From assembly GCA_030150405.1 (NCBI GenBank), contig JASLFU010000039.1, positions 182 to 64,181 of the forward strand: a stretch of DNA of 64,000 nucleotides, given 5' to 3'. The stretch comes from Ignatzschineria sp. GTDB taxonomy: Bacteria; Pseudomonadota; Gammaproteobacteria; Cardiobacteriales; Wohlfahrtiimonadaceae. Shown one piece after another: positions 44,818-53,759 of this stretch. The number at the start of each line of letters is the position of its first letter. The first letter of the stretch is position 1. The position numbers and the translations under genes were made by a program. The notes beneath the pieces were generated by a model, which was not told where the DNA came from, searched no databases, and saw only the letters and a program-made list of their open reading frames with translations.

Positions 44818-45028
44818 AGATACGGAGAAAATAGCAGAAATTTTAGGCAAAGGAGATTCAGCAATATAGTTACCTATCCCCCTTAAGATTGTAAAAGAGG
44901 GGGGGGGCTTAATAAAAGGATTTACCCAGCGGAAGAGCTCTTCCGTTTTATTGAAAATGACGATGTTTAATCAATATTTTTAAGACTACGCCCTTTCGGG
45001 GCAATTTTTAAATAGGAGAAGAAGAGAA

Positions 45029-45886
45029 ATGACTGAGTTTCTAGCCCTAATTTCAGGGGCATTTTTAATCGGATTTGCAACGCAAACCCACTGTGTTGGC
45101 ATGTGTGGCCCCGTGATTGGAATTTTAGGGATCAACAACTCATACAAGCGCATCCCTGCCGCATTCCTCTACAACTTAGGACGCATCACCACCTATACCT
45201 TTTTAGGTGTCGTAGGGGGTTTAGTGGCCGCTTCGGTCTCTGATATCTCCTCTATTCAATATGGGATACGCTACGTTGCGGGGGGCATTATGATCTTTAT
45301 CGCCCTACAACTTTTTGGACTTCCCCAATTTTTAGCCTGGGTTGAAAAGCCTTTCCAAGTAGTCTGGAAACCGCTACAGAAATTCGCTCAACGCTTTTTC
45401 CCCATTAAAACAGCGCTTGGAACCTATGTCGTGGGCTTTATCTGGGGCTTTCTCCCCTGCGGAGCGGTATATGGTCCTTTAGCTGTAGCGATGGGTACTG
45501 GCTCTGTATTAACTTCGGCCTCGATTATGTTCGCCTTTGGTTTAGGCACCTTGCCGATGATGCTTGGCCTTGCCATTTTCGGTAACTATATTGGCCACTT
45601 CTTTGCCAAGAAGAGTGTGCGCATGTTGGCGGGACTTCTTATTTTAGGGATGGCAGGCTACTATCTTGGCTGGATTGCTCCCCCCGAAAAAGTGGCTAAG
45701 CGAGCACAGATGGTCGATATGCAAGCAGAAAAGATCCGTGCGGGCGAAACAGAAGCCACCGATGTGATTAAAACGATCGGTAATATGGGCGGGCATAAAA
45801 AACCAGGAAATCACGAAGGCATGAAGCCCGAGATGAAGGGTGAAATGCAAGAAGAGATGCAAAAGCCTAAGGAGATGGCGCATTAA
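45029..45886 (+). CDS. TauE/SafE (DsbD_2)-type membrane protein with Met/His-rich tail
   Basis: HCVGMCG, YNLGRI.TY, GFLPCG.VY, FGLGTLP motifs; C-terminal EM repeats. Confidence 0.8.
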   Translation: MTEFLALISGAFLIGFATQTHCVGMCGPVIGILGINNSYKRIPAAFLYNLGRITTYTFLGVVGGLVAASVSDISSIQYGIRYVAGGIMIFIALQLFGLPQFLAWVEKPFQVVWKPLQKFAQRFFPIKTALGTYVVGFIWGFLPCGAVYGPLAVAMGTGSVLTSASIMFAFGLGTLPMMLGLAIFGNYIGHFFAKKSVRMLAGLLILGMAGYYLGWIAPPEKVAKRAQMVDMQAEKIRAGETEATDVIKTIGNMGGHKKPGNHEGMKPEMKGEMQEEMQKPKEMAH

Positions 45887-45932
45887 TCGCCACTATCAGC
45901 TATAATTAAAAAGAAGAATTTTTATCTATTTT

Positions 45933-45955
45933 CAGCCCTTCGGGGCTGTTTTTTT
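45933..45955 (+). terminator. Intrinsic terminator abutting the RBS of the next gene
   Basis: CAGCCC-TTCG-GGGCTG followed by T7, then AGGAG. Confidence 0.7.
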
Positions 45956-45967
45956 AGGAGCGAGAAA

Positions 45968-46651
45968 ATGGCCAATCATTACAAAATTCATTCCGAAGTG
46001 TATGAGCGCTACGAAAACTTTAGCCATATTATTGAAGATACCCGCACCAAGGAGGCGGTCATTATCGACCCCGCCTGGAATGCGGAATATTTTGTAAACC
46101 GTGTAAAAGAGCTTGGAGTCACCCCTTCAGCGATCTGGCTTACCCATGGGCATCATGATCATGTAAGTGCTGTTGAGCCTCTACGGGAGTACTTCCCTAT
46201 TCCGGTCTTTGCCTCTGAGGTAGAGATCGACTATATCAACTCCTTCCCCGAAGGGGATCTGCCCATCGCATTCCGCCCCCTTCCGGAAGATACCGTCCCC
46301 TTAGCGGATGGCGATTTTATAGAGTTCGCTGGAGAGATGGTAAAGATTATTCATACTCCTGGCCACAGCTCTGGCTCGATCTGCTTTTTACTCTCTGATG
46401 ATATCATCACCGGGGATACACTCTTTGTGGATGGTTGTGGGCGAGCGGATCTCACAGGTTCTGATCCCGAGGCGCTCTTTTATTCACTTAAACGTATAGT
46501 GGATGAAGTCCCCCACCACGTAACCATTCATACAGGGCATGCCTATGGACCAAGCGCCACCGATACTCTTAAAAACCAGTTAAAGAGCAATCCTTTTCTA
46601 CAGCGTCTCGATAATTTAGAGGAGTTTCTTCCCTACCGCATGAGTCGCTAA
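45968..46651 (+). CDS. MBL-fold metallo-hydrolase (glyoxalase II-like)
   Basis: THGHHDH, HTPGHS.GS, TGDTLF..GCGR.D, GH.Y. Confidence 0.88.
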   Translation: MANHYKIHSEVYERYENFSHIIEDTRTKEAVIIDPAWNAEYFVNRVKELGVTPSAIWLTHGHHDHVSAVEPLREYFPIPVFASEVEIDYINSFPEGDLPIAFRPLPEDTVPLADGDFIEFAGEMVKIIHTPGHSSGSICFLLSDDIITGDTLFVDGCGRADLTGSDPEALFYSLKRIVDEVPHHVTIHTGHAYGPSATDTLKNQLKSNPFLQRLDNLEEFLPYRMSR

Positions 46652-46695
46652 ATTGATCCTTAAAGGTTACTCATAATCTTTAACTCAAAATTCTC

Positions 46696-46731
46696 AAAGC
46701 GCCTACTGGCTTTCGCTAGCAGGCGCTTTTT
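46696..46731. terminator. Terminator between the convergent MBL and mnmC-like genes
   Basis: AAAGCGCCTACTGGC-TTTC-GCTAGCAGGCGCTTTTT. Confidence 0.75.
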
Positions 46732-46732
46732 C

Positions 46733-48163
46733 TTACTCGTTACCCCTTTTTAAGGGTCTATTAAAACGCAATTCAGAAAAGTAAAAACGATTAGGATGCA
46801 GCGCCTCCCGCACAAAAGGTTTCACGGGAAACGGGCTCTCCCCTAATATCTCTGCAGCTAACATCTCGCCCGAGATCGGAGTGGTAATCATCCCCCGGGA
46901 GCCATGCCCGCTATTGAGATAGAGCCCATAGAGCCACGGCACCGCTCCTGGGGGAATCACTTTTGCATCCTTTTTTATCTGGGCAAAACGCTCCCGAAAG
47001 AGTGAATGATCCGCAATAGCTCCTACCACCGGAAGATAACCTGTAGCATTTGCCCGATAAGCTGCCCGCCCTTCTAACGGAGCTGCGCTTTTAAAGATAA
47101 TATCCGGCGCTTCCCCTTGAGCCTGAAATCCCATCTTGCACGCAAGTTGGGGCGAATTTTTAAAGAGCATTGCGATATTCTCTTGATGCTCAGCTTCTGT
47201 TATCTCAAGATCAGGAGCTTCCACGCGAAAAGTTGCTCCAAAACTGCTGCCATTTGAGGTTGAAGGAGCAATATAGCCCTCCCCGCTCACCACCGTTTTA
47301 AGAGGATTTGAACGTTTAATAGCCGTAATCTGCCCCCGACTTTTATGGATCGGCAACATTGAGAGTTGCGGGAAATCGATCACCCTCTCAGCATTAGCTA
47401 AAATCACAATCTTCGCGCGATAGCTAAATGCTTCTGCATCCCCCGCTTCTCGCCCCCGAAGCGTCCAACCGAGCTCTCTGAATCTCTCTTCAGGTGATAG
47501 CGCCTCAAAAGCATCGATCTCAGCCAAAGTTTTAAGAGCCTTTTCTGGGATAATCTCTTCCACCTTCACCCCCGTTTTTAACACAATATTAGGGTGATTG
47601 AGAAAAGCTGCCGTTAACGCCTTGGGCGCCACCCAGCCCGCCGCTGGAAAGAAGAGCCCCCCGCTGGTGAGCTCAACCCCCGCCAACTTGCTTGCCTCTG
47701 CCTGCGTTACTTTATAGAGCAGATCATTAGAAAACTTTTTCGCTAACTTTGCCTGCCGTTTGCGCTCCCCGTCGTTGTAAGCCAATTGCAGAACTCCACA
47801 ATCCTCCCAATCCTGCCCCTTTATCAGTTTTCCCTCGGCGCTTAACTCAGTTAATAAGCGGCGAAGATAAGCAAACCCCGATAGAAGCAGTTCACTCTGC
47901 GCAGTCTCAAAGGCGGAAAGCTTTAGATAGAGCATCCCCTGTGGATTTCCCGAGCCTGCCGTAGCAGGATCTGATGCCGCCTCTAACACTAAAACCTCAT
48001 AACCCCGCTTAGCAAAAGCGTAAGCAGTAGCCGCCCCGGCAAGCCCTGCACCTACAACCACAATCTCAGGGCTGCCCCTCTTTTGAGCCGATGCCCTTTT
48101 TTTTAATTGATTATGAAAATTGATTAGAGGTGATCGATACCACTTTGCCCCGCTTGCTCTCAT
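46733..48163 (-). CDS. mnmC: FAD-dependent cmnm5s2U34 oxidoreductase (MnmC C-terminal domain only)
   Basis: VGAGLAG, A..GSGNPQG.LY, RGQIT, GATF, GHGSRG..T.P; the N-terminal methyltransferase domain is absent. Confidence 0.8.
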   Translation of the reverse strand: MRASGAKWYRSPLINFHNQLKKRASAQKRGSPEIVVVGAGLAGAATAYAFAKRGYEVLVLEAASDPATAGSGNPQGMLYLKLSAFETAQSELLLSGFAYLRRLLTELSAEGKLIKGQDWEDCGVLQLAYNDGERKRQAKLAKKFSNDLLYKVTQAEASKLAGVELTSGGLFFPAAGWVAPKALTAAFLNHPNIVLKTGVKVEEIIPEKALKTLAEIDAFEALSPEERFRELGWTLRGREAGDAEAFSYRAKIVILANAERVIDFPQLSMLPIHKSRGQITAIKRSNPLKTVVSGEGYIAPSTSNGSSFGATFRVEAPDLEITEAEHQENIAMLFKNSPQLACKMGFQAQGEAPDIIFKSAAPLEGRAAYRANATGYLPVVGAIADHSLFRERFAQIKKDAKVIPPGAVPWLYGLYLNSGHGSRGMITTPISGEMLAAEILGESPFPVKPFVREALHPNRFYFSELRFNRPLKRGNE

Positions 48164-48354
48164 TGCGCCCCCATTTTACGCTTTCCGTTCCATCTTAACT
48201 TTAATTGTGTACCGTTAATCTTAACAAATTAACCTCTCTCCACTGCATTAAAGAGAGAAGCAGAAGCCATTTTAAGCATAGCGAGATTTTGCGGGCTCGC
48301 TATAATAGAGAGCTTTAGCATCTCAATTCTCAAGATCTATGCAATGGGGCAATT

Positions 48355-49176
48355 ATGAGTCAACAAGAGAAAAAGATAAAACTTGATGGTGAACTCTCGC
48401 TCACAGTCGATGGCCAACGGTTTGGAAATACAAGCCATATCCATCTTTTAGCAAAAATCGCCGAACTAGGCTCAATTACGCGTGCTGCTAAAGCTGTTGA
48501 AATGAGCTACAAAGCCGCTTGGGATGCTATCGATAATATGAATAGACTTGCAGAAACTCCCCTTGTAGAGCGTACTAGCGGAGGCCGCGGCGGGGGTGGA
48601 ACAAGACTCACCGCCCGTGGTGAAGAGTTGGTGAAAAACTTCTCGCTTATTGAGCGGGAGCACAAAAATTTTATTAAGCGGTTGAGCAATCTCTCTCAAT
48701 CTTTAGCCGATGACCTTCCACCCTTGCAGAAAATGCGCTTAAAGACGAGCGCACGGAATCAACTCTTGTGCGAAATTGTCTCGATAAAATCGGGCAATGC
48801 CATGATCGATGAGGTGACCTTAGAGATCAAAGGAACCGGGCAGACCATTATCGCCACCATCACCCCCGAGAGCAGTAAAATTCTCGGCCTGATCCCCGGG
48901 CTGCAGCTCTTTGCACTCATTAAAGCTTCGGCTGTGATGATTAAAGCGCCCGATGTTCCGCTAAAATCGCAATATGATAGCCAGATCTACGGCAAGATTA
49001 TTACTCTAAAAGCGGGGGCGATTAACTCTGAGATTGAGATCGAGCTTCCCGGCGGAACGGTGATCGCCTCCGTGCTTTCTAGCAACTATTTAAAACGGCA
49101 CCAGCTTAAAGTCGGTTCAGATATTGCGGGCATTATTGATCCCTCCAATATTATTTTAGGTTTAAGCTGCGATTAA
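48355..49176 (+). CDS. modE: Molybdate-responsive transcriptional regulator ModE
   Basis: GSIT.AAK...SYKAAWDAI..MN HTH, GG.GGGG..LT, TSARNQ, two TOBE domains. Confidence 0.92.
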   Translation: MSQQEKKIKLDGELSLTVDGQRFGNTSHIHLLAKIAELGSITRAAKAVEMSYKAAWDAIDNMNRLAETPLVERTSGGRGGGGTRLTARGEELVKNFSLIEREHKNFIKRLSNLSQSLADDLPPLQKMRLKTSARNQLLCEIVSIKSGNAMIDEVTLEIKGTGQTIIATITPESSKILGLIPGLQLFALIKASAVMIKAPDVPLKSQYDSQIYGKIITLKAGAINSEIEIELPGGTVIASVLSSNYLKRHQLKVGSDIAGIIDPSNIILGLSCD

Positions 49177-49365
49177 GTTTTAATGCACTTCCCCTGCTCT
49201 TTTTTACCCTCTATCGCTATTAAAATAATAATACCGATTAAGCGCATTTTCAAAATAAACACAAATCCCGATAAACACAAGCACAACAAAGAAAACTTCA
49301 ATAATAAAAGCATTTTATAAGGCTAAAAATTTGCTTTAATCTCAGCTTTCGATATTATAATTGTA

Positions 49366-49684
49366 ATTGCGAATAATTAAGAGGCTTTTGCTTTACCTTC
49401 CCACTTTTTTGGTTAAGCTAAAAAGATTGGAGCTTAAGCCTCTAATTCGCAATATTAATGCAGTAACTGAGACACTCTAAAGCGTTATTGACTGAGGGCG
49501 TTATTAGCTGTGGAATAATCCGCGGTGATTTTTACAACCTTATTGAGCTGGCACTTCCCCTCATCCCTTTTAGAGAAGCATGATTGCTCTCCCCTTCCCA
49601 AGTGATGAGAAGAATTTAATAAACAGCAAAGTGCTCAAGGCTTAAACAAAAGCCCCCGTAAATGAGATTGCGGGGGCTTTTTGT
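49366..49684 (+). ncRNA. Candidate structured sRNA of about 320 nt
   Basis: TTGCTT/TATAAT promoter-like pair upstream, several nested hairpins whose G-U pairs favour the + strand, its own terminator, no long ORF. Confidence 0.45.
49648..49684 (+). terminator. Intrinsic terminator (+ strand)
   Basis: AAAAGCCCCCGTAA-ATGAGA-TTGCGGGGGCTTTTTGT. Confidence 0.8.
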
Positions 49685-49720
49685 TGCTAGGAAAAGAACC
49701 CTTAATAAACTCATCACCAT

Positions 49721-49754
49721 AAAAAACGCCCCTATCTTAAAAGATAGAGGCGTT
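49721..49754 (-). terminator. Terminator of the autotransporter-OmpA lipoprotein operon
   Basis: AACGCCCCTATCTT-AA-AAGATAGAGGCGTT with A6 on the left (U-tract on the - strand). Confidence 0.75.
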
Positions 49755-49820
49755 ATTATTACTCAATTCTTAGCTTATAAATGGATACAAACTAAAAATA
49801 GGTTAATTGAGCTTTATAAC

Positions 49821-50306
49821 TTATTTGTTAAAGCGAATAGTTACACGTCTGTCAGGTTGTAAACAGGCTGTAAGCTCAGGTGTTGCACGATCGCCGACAC
49901 AGTCTTGTGTTACAGGTTGCATCTTGCCCTGGCTTGTTGCGGTAATAGGCTGAGTTACCCCTTTCGATTGTAAGTAAGCTTTAACAGTTTCTGCACGTGC
50001 TAAACCTAAACGATAGTTATACTCTGCAGGACCTAATCTATCTGTGTGCCCCACTAATTCAATACTATTGATTAATTCAGGACGTGCTTTGATCTTCTCT
50101 GCCACCTCATCAAGCTCTGCTTTACCTTTAGGTAAAAGATCTTGAGGTGATGAACGGTCGAACTTAAAGAGCGCATCTGCAGAGAGTGTGATCTCCTCTT
50201 CACCTGGTGGGCACCAGAGGTTATCTACATCATTAAAAGAGGTTGCACATCCACTTAAAATAGCTGCTCCTGCAACTGTAAGACCTAATTTTTTAAACAT
50301 ATTCAT
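49821..50306 (-). CDS. OmpA-like peptidoglycan-binding lipoprotein
   Basis: Lipobox LSGC; LSADALFKFD, GHTDRLG...YN..L...RA, C..PDRRV OmpA C-terminal domain. Confidence 0.9.
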   Translation of the reverse strand: MNMFKKLGLTVAGAAILSGCATSFNDVDNLWCPPGEEEITLSADALFKFDRSSPQDLLPKGKAELDEVAEKIKARPELINSIELVGHTDRLGPAEYNYRLGLARAETVKAYLQSKGVTQPITATSQGKMQPVTQDCVGDRATPELTACLQPDRRVTIRFNK

Positions 50307-50359
50307 AAGTTTTCTTCCTATGTAAATAATAGTTATTTTTGATGATAAAGAGTCAAAAA

Positions 50360-53300
50360 TTAAAAAGCGTATTTAAAGCCTAGTGTACCACGATATTCTT
50401 CTCGTTTGTCACCAGAAAAGGAATGGCCGTAACGTAAATCTGCAAAAATATAGGTATTGCGATTTACCGGCGCCTGGATTCCTACCCCAATCTCACCCCA
50501 TGTTTGGTTAAATTTCTCTTTCACAGAATCGCGACCAATGGATACCGCTTTGGGCTTAATAAAATCATGATAGATATTTGCCGTCAAATAGAAGGTATTT
50601 GTATGGTAGTAACGATTTTGATCGTTATGCGATAGGCGCAAGCCTAAACGCCCGCGAAGAGCACTTTGCGCTTTTTGATTCACCTCTCGCACACCATCAT
50701 TAAAGCGTTTGCCATGGAGATATTGGTAAACTAACTGAGCTTGTGGCTCAATAATCCACTGGCTCTCTCCAATCGCATAAGGACGCCCCACCTCAGCCGA
50801 TAACCCAACTCCCCAATTATTTACAGAGAGGTGGTTACCATTTCGAGGCTGATACTTATTGCGAAATTGAGCAATCTGTCCCGAAAGATCTAAGTAAGCC
50901 CCATTACGCTTATAGAAGGTGGTATATGCCCCTAAGGCAACGCTACTCGTCTTGACTCTCCCCATCCGTTTATCAGATTGGATCAGTCCATTGACGGCAC
51001 GATACTTATCGTAAAGATCAAAATCACTATGGCCGTAAGTTAACGTTACACCACTATGACGTCGACCTTTATTCTCATCATTATAATGAATGAGATCATA
51101 CCCTAATTGCATAAAGTAGAGATCCCCTTCCATGCCTAAACGCTCTCTTCCCACAAGGTCAAGATGCTTACCTTGGATTCGGCCCCATACTTGATGATCA
51201 GGGCGATTTCCGCAGGGAATGCCACACTCATCCCAACCATATACCTGATTCTCCCCCACTCGCTCATGAAGAGAACCTAACATGGCATAACCAAGCTCAA
51301 GATTCGCCACAGGCGCTAATACATACCCTGGAACTTCCGGCGCATAAATCACTGGCCCCTCCTCCACGGGCTTGCTCGGAGGTGTAGGTTTGATCGGTTT
51401 TTCAGGAACTGCTGGAACTTCAGGCTCAGCAGGCTTCTCAGGCTTCTCAGGCTTCGCTGGAACTTCTGGCTCAGCAGGTTTCTCAGGCTCTGTCGGGACT
51501 TCAGGCTCCTCTGGCTTCGGTTCTTCCCTTGCGATCATCGTCCAACGGAAGTTATTACCATTTGGCGTTAACTGAACTTCTGTAGCGCCTGTGGTTTTTG
51601 CAGTACCCACAAAGGTCTTATCACTCTCACGACCTTCTGTAACAACAACATCTACAGTATTTAAGGTTTTAGCAATCTGCTGGACACTGCCATCGATCAC
51701 ATTCTCTTTACCCTCTTTACTAACAGGTACTACTGTAGTCTTTCCTTTAGCTACACCATTTTTTACCTCAAATACATCGGATTCAGAATCTTCACCATCC
51801 TCACCCCCGGGTGCATTCCAGAGAGTATTCATTTTAATAATGGCATTATCCCCTGTGTAATTCCCCTCTACAATAAGGCGATCACTATAGGGATTTTCAC
51901 CCTTCTCATGGGTGAGATCGATTACACTATTGGTGGCGTAAACATCTCCTTTTAAGGTAAATGGAGTATTTCCCTCTTTAGTAGCGGCGTTTAAAGTTGA
52001 GCCCTCATTGAGCTTAAGCTCAGTAAAGGTTGCCGTTGTGCCTTCGCCTTTTTTCTCTAAAGTCCAAGTAGCGTTATCAAGTGTTAAGTAGCTATCTGCG
52101 CTCTCCACTTTATGCACAAGGCCATTCATCTTCCCATCGGTTAATGCGTAGTGAACATTACTATGCTCTTTAACCTCTAATAGCCACCCTTTTTTAGCGG
52201 CCTGAAGGGTTGTTTTATCTCCGGTGAATGTTAACTCAGTTTGATACTGTAGAGGCTCTACTAAAATTAATGAGCCTTCACTCTCATCACTCACCGCTAG
52301 ATCTGCATTATTAATTGCAACTTTAATGCCTTGCCCTTCAAACTGCTGCACGCCATTATGGCTATTGTTGAGCTTCTGGATAAAGTTATCATCATAAAGA
52401 GTGCCATTACCGACACGAATCGCATTACCATCCTTCACACGTGCTTTAAAGCTCTCTGCTTTTGAGGCATCGAGTTCAGAATTACTGTGAAAGAGAGCGA
52501 TCGCTTCCCCTTTTTCTACCTCTAACTCAACTTTAGCACCCTCTTTAAAGCTTAATTTTCCGGCACTATCCCCAATAGGATATTGATGCTTTAAAGGTCC
52601 CCATCCTTCAGGAAGCGCTCCTTCACGGAAAAAGCTCTCCTCAAGGAAAGAGTAATCTTCAGGCGGCTCAGAATCTCCATGTAGCCCCCCATCTTCGCTA
52701 TTTTCTCCCTCTTCGCCCTCAATTGGTGGCTCAAAGTCTTGATTATCCTCTTCGGAGTTACAGTTACAATCATCTTCAAAACTGCCTAAATGAAGAGCCG
52801 TTCCACCCTCTAGGGTGACTTTAGTATCATTTAAGACCACCTCAGGAATAAGGCTATTTTCCGGCATACGACCATCATAAGTCCCAGCAACATGCACGCC
52901 ATTTCCAAAAGGGGTATTTTTAATATCTACCGTTAACGCCCCTTCAATCTCTACCTTAGCTTGAGGCGCATCCCCCTCTTCACGAATAGGGCCCGTTAAG
53001 ACTAAAGCGGAAGTTAAACCTTTTTTATCTCCCGTCTCGGTGCTAAATGTATAATCTTCGGTAATCTTAATCTGGTTATTACCGCCAGAATAGATCCCCA
53101 CAAGATCAAGCCGATCATATTCAGTCTCATTGGTGATCTCCACATCGAGCTGGTTGAGCTCAAGATCCACATTATTAGCGCCCACAAGATTAATCACGCT
53201 CCAAAGATGGTAAGGCACTCCATCTCCATGCGCTACATTATTGAGATAAGGGTCAAAATAGAGCTCATATTTCTCGGCATTGTTATCGATGGTAATCTTC

Positions 53301-53692
53301 TGCCGCTCTTCATTCACCCCACCCCCTTCGACGATGAAGATACTCTGGTAACGATCTGCATTATGGATATCTGAAAGATATTTAACATCTTGCTTTAAGA
53401 CCGCCATCTCATCAATTTTAATAGTGGCTTCGTCCTCATAATAGAGCCAACCTCTTGGGTCCCACGGCTCTGTAGAGGTGTATGCAAGCTCTTTATCTTC
53501 TGGTTTAATTTTAATAAAGGAGCTCTCGTATCCTTTATCTTCTTCATCCCGATCCTCTTTAATGGTGAGTAAGGGTTCGCCCATACCCACAAGAGGAAGC
53601 ATAAGAACGGAGACAAGCCCCAAAGCTAGAGGCGTAAGTTTAAACTTTGCATCTAAACCTTGCGCCATGACTAAAGAATTCCCTTTCTTCAT
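50360..53692 (-). CDS. Autotransporter (type Va) surface protein
   Basis: Signal-like N-terminus, beta-helix-like passenger, Pro-rich linker, LGSLHERVG, IEPQAQL.Y, C-terminal GFKYAF beta-signal. Confidence 0.9.
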   Translation of the reverse strand: MKKGNSLVMAQGLDAKFKLTPLALGLVSVLMLPLVGMGEPLLTIKEDRDEEDKGYESSFIKIKPEDKELAYTSTEPWDPRGWLYYEDEATIKIDEMAVLKQDVKYLSDIHNADRYQSIFIVEGGGVNEERQKITIDNNAEKYELYFDPYLNNVAHGDGVPYHLWSVINLVGANNVDLELNQLDVEITNETEYDRLDLVGIYSGGNNQIKITEDYTFSTETGDKKGLTSALVLTGPIREEGDAPQAKVEIEGALTVDIKNTPFGNGVHVAGTYDGRMPENSLIPEVVLNDTKVTLEGGTALHLGSFEDDCNCNSEEDNQDFEPPIEGEEGENSEDGGLHGDSEPPEDYSFLEESFFREGALPEGWGPLKHQYPIGDSAGKLSFKEGAKVELEVEKGEAIALFHSNSELDASKAESFKARVKDGNAIRVGNGTLYDDNFIQKLNNSHNGVQQFEGQGIKVAINNADLAVSDESEGSLILVEPLQYQTELTFTGDKTTLQAAKKGWLLEVKEHSNVHYALTDGKMNGLVHKVESADSYLTLDNATWTLEKKGEGTTATFTELKLNEGSTLNAATKEGNTPFTLKGDVYATNSVIDLTHEKGENPYSDRLIVEGNYTGDNAIIKMNTLWNAPGGEDGEDSESDVFEVKNGVAKGKTTVVPVSKEGKENVIDGSVQQIAKTLNTVDVVVTEGRESDKTFVGTAKTTGATEVQLTPNGNNFRWTMIAREEPKPEEPEVPTEPEKPAEPEVPAKPEKPEKPAEPEVPAVPEKPIKPTPPSKPVEEGPVIYAPEVPGYVLAPVANLELGYAMLGSLHERVGENQVYGWDECGIPCGNRPDHQVWGRIQGKHLDLVGRERLGMEGDLYFMQLGYDLIHYNDENKGRRHSGVTLTYGHSDFDLYDKYRAVNGLIQSDKRMGRVKTSSVALGAYTTFYKRNGAYLDLSGQIAQFRNKYQPRNGNHLSVNNWGVGLSAEVGRPYAIGESQWIIEPQAQLVYQYLHGKRFNDGVREVNQKAQSALRGRLGLRLSHNDQNRYYHTNTFYLTANIYHDFIKPKAVSIGRDSVKEKFNQTWGEIGVGIQAPVNRNTYIFADLRYGHSFSGDKREEYRGTLGFKYAF
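51370..51530 (-). repeat. Imperfect tandem repeats encoding the (E/K)PE(V/K)P(A) proline-rich linker
   Basis: EPKPEEPEVPTEPEKPAEPEVPAKPEKPEKPAEPEVPAVPEKP; DNA repeats GGCTTCTCA and GGAACTTC. Confidence 0.8.
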
Positions 53693-53719
53693 TTAAAATT
53701 CCCTTTTTTTAAATGCCAT

Positions 53720-53759
53720 AAAAAACAATCCTAGATAAGTCCGAGGACTTACCTAGGAT
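53720..53759 (-). terminator. Intrinsic terminator inside the autotransporter 5' region
   Basis: Minus-strand 14-bp stem AUCCUAGGUAAGUC/GACUUAUCUAGGAU (one G-U) followed by UGUUUUUU, ending about 27 nt before the ATG. Confidence 0.7.

Noticed and set aside
44899..44907. G9 tract upstream of the TauE-like gene as a phase-variation site
   Set aside because: Intergenic, and can pair with CCCCCTT upstream as a hairpin after qor; no promoter elements clearly bracket it
45968..46651. MBL-fold gene as a beta-lactamase or defence nuclease
   Set aside because: No signal peptide; motifs match the housekeeping glyoxalase II-like class, unlike the ComEC-like MBL in the Avs operon
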